A DNA stretch of 64,000 bases from Hyphomicrobiales bacterium (GTDB taxonomy: Bacteria > Pseudomonadota > Alphaproteobacteria > Rhizobiales > Beijerinckiaceae), in the NCBI GenBank assembly GCA_947455995.1, contig CANGQA010000005.1:1599-65598 (forward strand), written 5' to 3'. Under the pieces are notes generated by a model. That model saw only the letters and a list, made by a program, of their open reading frames with translations, searched no databases and was not told the DNA's origin. A program made the translations under genes and the position numbers. This document shows, piece after piece, positions 58,163 through 64,000 of this stretch. Positions within the stretch are counted from its first letter, which is position 1. The number at the start of each line of letters is the position of its first letter.

Positions 58163-58257
58163 CTGAATCGTCCGGTACTGATTTGTCTAGATATTAATGA
58201 AAAGTTTCTGAAATTAATTTTTATTCAATAAATCAAAGGCTCTATGCAAAAAATTTG

Positions 58258-58329
58258 TTAACCATAATTTATGAGTCTGATCATGATGTTAGCCCATCAG
58301 GGCTATTTGTGGCCCGCTGGAATGGTTAA
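58258..58329. promoter_or_regulatory. Two inverted CtrA-type half-site motifs (TTAACCAT) upstream of the PAS kinase gene
   Basis: TTAACCAT lies at 58258-58265 on the plus strand. Its reverse complement ATGGTTAA lies at 58322-58329. Both sit in the AT-rich 169-bp gap upstream of the minus-strand kinase start (58162). Confidence 0.3.
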
Positions 58330-58331
58330 CG

Positions 58332-60947
58332 TCATGCCAGCGAGCGTACCACGATATCTGCGACGTCGGCCGATAGGCTGCTGGCATCGGAGATGCGGCG
58401 AAGGACCTCTCCAGCCTGTGTCCGGCGGGTGCTCTCATAGGACCGCCAGGTCCTGAAGGCGCTCAGCATGCGCGCGGCCACTTGCGGATTGGTCTTGTCG
58501 AGCATCAGAACAATATCGGCAAGGAAATGATAACCTGCTCCGTCGATCCGATTGAACTGTGTCGGATTGGACATACAGAAGGCTCCGATCAGCGAGCGCA
58601 CGCGATTGGGATTGGTCATGGAAAAACCCGGATGGGCCATGAGTGATTTGACACGGTCCAGAGTGCCATCTTCGGCCAGACAGGCTTGCAGAACAAACCA
58701 TTTGTCCAAAGCCAGCGCCTCATCTGAAAAGCGTTCGGCAAAGTGTGATAGTGCTGCCTCGCGGGTTTCACCCGGATATTGGCAAAGCACCGCCAGTGCT
58801 CCGATGCGGTCGGTCATGTTGTCGGCAGTCTGGTAGCATTGATGCGACAGCGGCAGATTGGCATCGGGATCGCCGACAACGATCAGATCCAGCAGTGTGT
58901 TGCGCAAGGCGCGCTGCCCGGCAGATTTCGCATCGGGGCTGTATGATTGCAACGAACTCAGGCGTTGATGCGCGCGGGTGAGGTCATCGGCAATCCCCAG
59001 GCCAATGGCCTGACGGAGCCCTTTACGGGCCAGATAGATGACATCGGGGTCGATGTCGGATTTGATCTCGCGGGCAATATCGTTTTCGCTCGGCATCGAA
59101 AAGACCTGCGCGACAAAGGCGTGATCAGTGTTGTCGTTGAGCAGATGCGCCAAGGTTTGTGCATAGGCCGGATCGAAATGCGGGGTGTCTCCGCGCCTCA
59201 TTGTGCCGACTGCTTCAACGAGCAAGGTCATTGCCACGCTTTGGGCGGCCTGCCAGCAGTTGAAGGGATCATTGTCGTGCCGGAACAGAGCGAGGAGATC
59301 GGTGCTGGTCAAATCGGTCTCAAGCCGCACAGGAGCTGAAAATCCGCGCAGCACGGATGGCACGGGCTGTTGGGTGAGCCCGTCGAATACCAATTGCCCT
59401 TCAGCCTCTTCGAGAACGAAAACGCCTTCATACACGTTGGCGCCATCGGGCATCACCAATCCGTAGGATATAGGGATTTGCAGGGGGCTCTTGTCCGGTT
59501 GCGATGGGGTCGGGGCCAGTGTTTGCCTGAAGTGGATGGTCAGCCGCTTATGCGTTTCATCCCATTGCCGGCGCATCTCGACCACCGGTGTTCCTGCTTG
59601 CACATACCATTGGAAAAAATGGTTGAGGTCGCGGCCCGATACCTCCTGGAAACAGTCAATGAACTCTTCAACCGTTGCGGCGGTGCCGTCGCAACGCGTT
59701 AGGTATAAATCCATGCCCTTGCGAAACGGTTCGTCGCCCAGCAGTATTTTGAGCATACGGATTAATTCCGCACCTTTTTCATAGATAGTGGCGGTGTAGA
59801 AATTATTGATCTCGCGATAGGCGGTAGGCCTGACCGGATGGGCCAGCGGACCTGAATCCTCGGCAAATTGCGAGGCCCGCAAATTGCGCACATCGACGAT
59901 CCGTTTGACAGGTCGCGAGCGTTCGTCTGCGGTAAATTCTTGATCGCGGAAGACCGTTAGCCCTTCCTTTAGGCACAATTGGAACCAGTCGCGGCAGGTG
60001 ATGCGGTTGCCTGTCCAGTTGTGGAAATATTCATGGGCGATGACGGTTTCAATGCCGCCATAATCGGTATCGGTGGCCGTATCGGAACTGGCCAACACAT
60101 ATTTGTCGTTGAAAATATTGAGGCCCTTGTTCTCCATTGCACCCATGTTGAAATCGGACACGGCAACAATATTGAACACATCGAGATCATATTCGCAGCC
60201 AAAGGTTTTTTCATCCCAGATCATGGAGCGAACAAGCGCATCCATGGCATAGCGCGCCCGTTCGGCTTTGCCCGGTTCGACATAGATACCCAGTGCCACC
60301 TTGCGGCCTGAATGGGTCACAAAATCCTGCGCCAGCACATCCAGCTTTCCGCCAACAAGGGCGAACAGATAGGCAGGTTTGGGGTGGGGATCATGCCAGA
60401 CGGCAAAATGGAAACCATCGGCCAGTTGACCTTCTGATTGTTTGTTGCCGTTGCCCAGCAGGACCGGCGCTTCGCTGGCGCGTGCCTCAATGCGCGTGGT
60501 AAAAACAGCCATCACATCGGGCCGATCGGCGAAATAGGTAATTCTGCGGAAGCCATCCGCTTCGCATTGGGTGCAATAGGTGCCCGAAGAACGGTAAAGT
60601 CCCATCAGCTTGGTGTTGCTGTCGGGATCGAGTTGGGTCTCGATGGTCAGGGTGAAAGGCTGGGGTGGCGGATTGTCAATGGTCAGCGATTGTGGTTCAG
60701 CCCGATAGCGGTCGGCTTCGAGCGGTTCACCATTGAGCGAGAGCGCCTTGAGAACCAGTTCGTCCCCATCCAGACGCAAAGGGGCTCCCGCTTCCCCCAA
60801 GGGGTTGGCGCGGATGCTAAGTGTCGCCAATACTCGGGTTTTTGGCCCGTCCAGTCTGATATCGAGATCGACACGATCGATCAGATGGTTGGGCGAAGAA
60901 TAGTCTGACAACCGTGTTACGGTTGCGGTATCGGTGCGCATATCCAC
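58332..60947 (-). CDS. pepN: Aminopeptidase N (M1 family)
   Basis: It has GAMENKGLNIFN, HEYFHNWTGNRITCRDWFQLCLKEGLTVFRDQEF (HEXXH-X18-E) and an 871-aa length. Confidence 0.95.
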   Translation of the reverse strand: MDMRTDTATVTRLSDYSSPNHLIDRVDLDIRLDGPKTRVLATLSIRANPLGEAGAPLRLDGDELVLKALSLNGEPLEADRYRAEPQSLTIDNPPPQPFTLTIETQLDPDSNTKLMGLYRSSGTYCTQCEADGFRRITYFADRPDVMAVFTTRIEARASEAPVLLGNGNKQSEGQLADGFHFAVWHDPHPKPAYLFALVGGKLDVLAQDFVTHSGRKVALGIYVEPGKAERARYAMDALVRSMIWDEKTFGCEYDLDVFNIVAVSDFNMGAMENKGLNIFNDKYVLASSDTATDTDYGGIETVIAHEYFHNWTGNRITCRDWFQLCLKEGLTVFRDQEFTADERSRPVKRIVDVRNLRASQFAEDSGPLAHPVRPTAYREINNFYTATIYEKGAELIRMLKILLGDEPFRKGMDLYLTRCDGTAATVEEFIDCFQEVSGRDLNHFFQWYVQAGTPVVEMRRQWDETHKRLTIHFRQTLAPTPSQPDKSPLQIPISYGLVMPDGANVYEGVFVLEEAEGQLVFDGLTQQPVPSVLRGFSAPVRLETDLTSTDLLALFRHDNDPFNCWQAAQSVAMTLLVEAVGTMRRGDTPHFDPAYAQTLAHLLNDNTDHAFVAQVFSMPSENDIAREIKSDIDPDVIYLARKGLRQAIGLGIADDLTRAHQRLSSLQSYSPDAKSAGQRALRNTLLDLIVVGDPDANLPLSHQCYQTADNMTDRIGALAVLCQYPGETREAALSHFAERFSDEALALDKWFVLQACLAEDGTLDRVKSLMAHPGFSMTNPNRVRSLIGAFCMSNPTQFNRIDGAGYHFLADIVLMLDKTNPQVAARMLSAFRTWRSYESTRRTQAGEVLRRISDASSLSADVADIVVRSLA

Positions 60948-61037
60948 TCCCAGCAGAGGATCCTGTTCAAATCACCTCAAGGATTGATTTGATGTCATGA
61001 TATTGTTGAGGCTTAAAACGGCTTTTGCAAGCCATTG

Positions 61038-62429
61038 TTAAGCCGTACTTTTGGCGGGAGAACGTAAAGGCTCTGTATGGCTGACAATGCGGGCAATGTC
61101 GGGGCGTTGCTGGCGAACATCCTGCTCCAGCCGATCGATCGCGGTGTGCACGGTTGCAACATCTACCGCGGGGTCGAAACGGCAATGGTAATTGACCATC
61201 AAGCCATGATCGTTATGGCGCACGCGGACATTATGGATGTCTTCGATCTGCCCGATCAGGGCTGACTGGGAAATCAGCAAGGCGGCAATAGCGGCACGCG
61301 TCGGCTCGTCGCAATCGGAACCGCTGAGATGGCTGACGGTGAGTGGTTCGATGTGTGTATCAACCTCGGTCACATCGCCGAATTCCGTACGAAGGGCGGC
61401 CTCGAGTTTGCTGGCAATACCATGGGCTGCGCCAAGGCTCATACGCGCGTCGATTTCAAGATCCAGACTGATCGACAGCTGCTCGCCAATCGTCTGCACA
61501 GTCACATGGTGGACTGGAACCCGCCGTTTTGCTGCGATCAGCAGCACGCGTTCCAGCACGGTTTCCTCGTCAAGTGCCAAGGGCTGGGTGGTAACGGTAA
61601 CGATCAGTTCAGGGAAAAGCTGTGTTGCACTTTTGATCACGCTCTCCTTGATCATCGCAACACGTTCGAGCGAGGCGGTGCGGGCCACGCCGATGCCGAC
61701 TTCCGCAAAGGTCTGCGCGCCAGCAGGACGCACACGGATATGATCGATTTTAACCACACCGGCGATTTCGCTTAATGCGGGGTAAAGGCTTTGGCTGACC
61801 CCACTGGGGGCAGCATCTGTCAGGGTGTCGATGGTGCGGCGGCCTAATTTATAGCCCGCTATCGCGATAAACAGCGCAACGCCGAGTGCCGCCACCGCAT
61901 CTCCTTGCGGATAGCCGTAAACCGTAGCCACCAGCCCGAGTATCACCAGAACCGAGGAGACGAGATCGGATGAAAAATGGAGCGCATCCGCGGCGAGCGC
62001 ATCGCTGCGTGTTTCTTTTGCGATGCGGCTTAATTGACGCCAGCGGGTGAAATCGACAATGATCGAGACGATCAGCACCCCGAAGACCCATGGCGAGGCC
62101 TCGATATGGGCGGCGGGAACCAAAAGCCGTTGCGCGCCTTCATAGGCGACTACACCTGCCAGCCCCATCAACAGGCTGGTTTCAATCAGCGCAGCCATCG
62201 CCTCGATCTTGCCGTGGCCGAAATGATGCTCGTCATCAGCAGGTTTATCGGCGGCTTTGATGGCAAAATAGGTCAGGATCGTCGCGCCCGTGTCCAGAAG
62301 CGCGTGTCCTGCTTCCGAAATCAACGCCAGCGAGCCAGACATCAGACCGGCAGTTAATTTACCGATTGTCAGGCTTGCACTGGCGATAATGGACCAAAAG
62401 GCGGCCTGTTCTTTAATCTCTTGGCTCAT
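61038..62429 (-). CDS. Cation diffusion facilitator (CDF) transporter with three tandem C-terminal cytoplasmic-domain-like repeats
   Basis: The TM domain carries the metal sites HALLDTGA and HFSSDLVSS. Three successive roughly 60-80-aa segments follow, each ending ...(T/H)(Q/I/T)(P/E)PL. Confidence 0.8.
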   Translation of the reverse strand: MSQEIKEQAAFWSIIASASLTIGKLTAGLMSGSLALISEAGHALLDTGATILTYFAIKAADKPADDEHHFGHGKIEAMAALIETSLLMGLAGVVAYEGAQRLLVPAAHIEASPWVFGVLIVSIIVDFTRWRQLSRIAKETRSDALAADALHFSSDLVSSVLVILGLVATVYGYPQGDAVAALGVALFIAIAGYKLGRRTIDTLTDAAPSGVSQSLYPALSEIAGVVKIDHIRVRPAGAQTFAEVGIGVARTASLERVAMIKESVIKSATQLFPELIVTVTTQPLALDEETVLERVLLIAAKRRVPVHHVTVQTIGEQLSISLDLEIDARMSLGAAHGIASKLEAALRTEFGDVTEVDTHIEPLTVSHLSGSDCDEPTRAAIAALLISQSALIGQIEDIHNVRVRHNDHGLMVNYHCRFDPAVDVATVHTAIDRLEQDVRQQRPDIARIVSHTEPLRSPAKSTA

Positions 62430-62607
62430 GAATGCTCCTAAGGGGTCAAACTTAGCACGTTTTCACTCTTGTTTCATGATCTATGACAAGGATGACAAAA
62501 TTATTTCGCCCCAACCGACGCCTTCCTCGGATATAGAGGGCTTGAAGAGTGGACCGAACCAAGCCACTCTGGTGCGATAAGCAATAGAAATGGCGGGAGT
62601 TTTTACA

Positions 62608-63048
62608 ATGGAATATCTGCATACGATGGTGCGTGTCAGCAATATCGAGGATTCGCTCGATTTTTATTGCAACAAAATGGGCATGACCGAAATCCGGCGC
62701 GTGGAAAACGAACAGGGCCGTTTTACCCTGATTTTTCTGGCCTCCTCAGATGATCTGGATAAAGCGAAAAAAGACCGCTCTCCCACACTGGAACTGACCT
62801 ATAACTGGGATGAACACGGGTATGATGGTGGCCGCAATTTTGGGCATTTGGCCTATCAGGTCGACAATATCTATGACCTCTGTGCCAGCCTGATGGCCAA
62901 GGGTGTCACCATCAACAGGCCTCCTCGCGAAGGGCGGATGGCTTTTGTGCGTTCGCCAGACGGCATTTCCATTGAATTGTTGCAAAAGGGTGATTCCCTG
63001 CCACCAGCCGAGCCATGGGTATCAATGCCCAATACCGGCAAATGGTAA
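62608..63048 (+). CDS. gloA: Lactoylglutathione lyase (glyoxalase I)
   Basis: It has MEYLHTMVRVSNIEDSLDFY, LELTYNWD, FGHLAYQVDNIY and SPDGISIELLQ. A Shine-Dalgarno (GGGAG) lies 9 nt upstream. Confidence 0.9.
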   Translation: MEYLHTMVRVSNIEDSLDFYCNKMGMTEIRRVENEQGRFTLIFLASSDDLDKAKKDRSPTLELTYNWDEHGYDGGRNFGHLAYQVDNIYDLCASLMAKGVTINRPPREGRMAFVRSPDGISIELLQKGDSLPPAEPWVSMPNTGKW

Positions 63049-63151
63049 GCAGGGAAGTCCCTTAGGGTAATATGTTCTTGGGCCCGTTGGGGTGATCAGG
63101 ATTGGCGGCGCCTGGTATGGTGCGGCCAATCATACAGTTGGAGGCATGGCT

Positions 63152-63493
63152 ATGTCCCTGAGTACGCATGTTCTAGATACTGCACATGGTTGTCCGGCCG
63201 CGGGCATGGGCGTGTCGTTGTACCGCCTGTCCGACGGCGTGAAATTGCGTGATGTCGTCACCAATCATGACGGGCGCGTTGATGGCGGTTTGCTGGGGGC
63301 AGAGGATTGTCTGCCAGGCCTGTATGAACTGCGTTTTCAGGTGGCAGCCTATTTCCGCGCGCGCGGCGTAGCGCTTTCCGATCCGGCTTTTTTGGATGAG
63401 GTGCCTTTGCGCTTCGGCATCAGCGGGGAAGGCCATTACCACGTGCCTTTGCTTGTATCGCCTTACAGCTATTCCACTTATCGCGGGAGCTGA
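63152..63493 (+). CDS. uraH: 5-hydroxyisourate hydrolase (transthyretin-like)
   Basis: It has [38 protein letters not shown] (C-terminal YRGS signature) and a GGAGG Shine-Dalgarno. Confidence 0.9.
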   Translation: MSLSTHVLDTAHGCPAAGMGVSLYRLSDGVKLRDVVTNHDGRVDGGLLGAEDCLPGLYELRFQVAAYFRARGVALSDPAFLDEVPLRFGISGEGHYHVPLLVSPYSYSTYRGS

Positions 63494-63497
63494 GAGC

Positions 63498-64000
63498 ATG
63501 ACGATGCGGCCTTTGCGCTTTCTCAGACGCGGACGGTTGGTCGAAATAGACAGTTTTCATCCTCGAACGACCTTGCTCGAATGGCTGCGTCTCGAAGAAC
63601 GCTCCACCGGTACCAAGGAAGGTTGCGCGGAGGGGGATTGCGGCGCCTGCACCGTGGTGCTGGCTCGTTTACGGCGCGGGCAGGTGGTCTATCACCCTGT
63701 CAATGCTTGTATCATGCTGCTGGGGCAGGTCGATGGGGCCGAGGTGATCACAATCGAGGATCTGGCTGAGGGCGACAGCCTGCATCCGGTGCAGTCGGCG
63801 ATGGTTGAAAACCATGCCTCGCAATGCGGGTTCTGTACCCCCGGAATTGTGATGAGCCTTTTTGCCTTGAGCCATAGTGGCAAGATGCTGGATCGCGGTT
63901 CTGTCACGCAATCGCTGGCGGGTAATCTGTGCCGCTGTACAGGTTATCGGCCGATTGTCGAGGCGGCCTTGGGTGCCTGTCAGGGACCGGTGCATGACCG
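63498..64000 (+). CDS. xdhA: Xanthine dehydrogenase small subunit, N-terminal [2Fe-2S] part (3' end outside the window)
   Basis: I translated this by hand from the ATG at 63498. It reads MTMRPLRFL...GCAEGDCGACTV...ASQCGFCTPGIVMS...GNLCRCTGYRPI, with no stop before the window end. It is not in the ORF track because it is open-ended. Confidence 0.85.
   Translation, partial: MTMRPLRFLRRGRLVEIDSFHPRTTLLEWLRLEERSTGTKEGCAEGDCGACTVVLARLRRGQVVYHPVNACIMLLGQVDGAEVITIEDLAEGDSLHPVQSAMVENHASQCGFCTPGIVMSLFALSHSGKMLDRGSVTQSLAGNLCRCTGYRPIVEAALGACQGPVHD

Noticed and set aside
1-64000. A search by eye for tRNA, rRNA, CRISPR arrays, IS elements or transposases, toxin-antitoxin pairs and classical defence systems.
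   Set aside because: None was found. The intergenic gaps are short and lack tRNA-like T-arm motifs or spaced direct repeats. No ORF shows transposase, integrase, restriction-modification or nuclease-NTPase defence signatures.

Overview
This is a chromosomal window from an alphaproteobacterium, probably Hyphomicrobiales/Rhizobiales-like. The clues are a Ros/MucR regulator, a cycHJKL-type ccmI-E-F-H cluster, a PleC-like PAS kinase, heterodimeric methylmalonyl-CoA mutase and an RcGTA-type cluster. About 65 genes can be supported. I saw no rRNA, tRNA, CRISPR array, transposase or integrase.

Layout:
- 1-11.8 kb: envelope-glycan genes. These are an ABC exporter fragment, a CapD/WbpM-like dehydratase, a WbpL/WecA-like initiating transferase, and a tightly coupled DUF1003-GT1-GT2-O-antigen-ligase-asparaginase II operon. 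A GtrA plus FAD-oxidoreductase pair follows.
- 12-25 kb: housekeeping genes. These are a DUF900 lipoprotein, mutA/mutB, an M20 peptidase, murJ, a divergent ArnC-like GT2 and YdjC-family deacetylase pair, sodB and msrB.
- 25-30 kb: mucR behind a strongly AT-rich leader, two divergent uncharacterised genes, then sufE, a PG-binding protein, DUF1491 and ycgN.
- 30.7-45.7 kb: an RcGTA-like gene transfer agent head-tail cluster.
- 45.8-64 kb: PepSY plus an OmpR/HK pair, a glycine-zipper lipoprotein, ccmIEFH, glnE, a PAS histidine kinase, pepN, a CDF transporter with a triplicated cytoplasmic domain, gloA, a HIU hydrolase and the start of xdhA.

The GTA cluster is the most interesting part, for four reasons:
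- It has no tail tube, chaperone or tape-measure block (g9-g11). A reverse-strand DUF465 gene sits precisely at that junction.
- A reverse-strand secreted trypsin-like S1 protease lies between the capsid and adaptor genes.
- A perfect intrinsic terminator lies only 12 nt upstream of the first cluster gene, which suggests read-through or antitermination control.
- It ends with a DUF2793-type fibre carrying an S74 intramolecular-chaperone domain.

All family assignments come from motif recognition by eye, not from searches.
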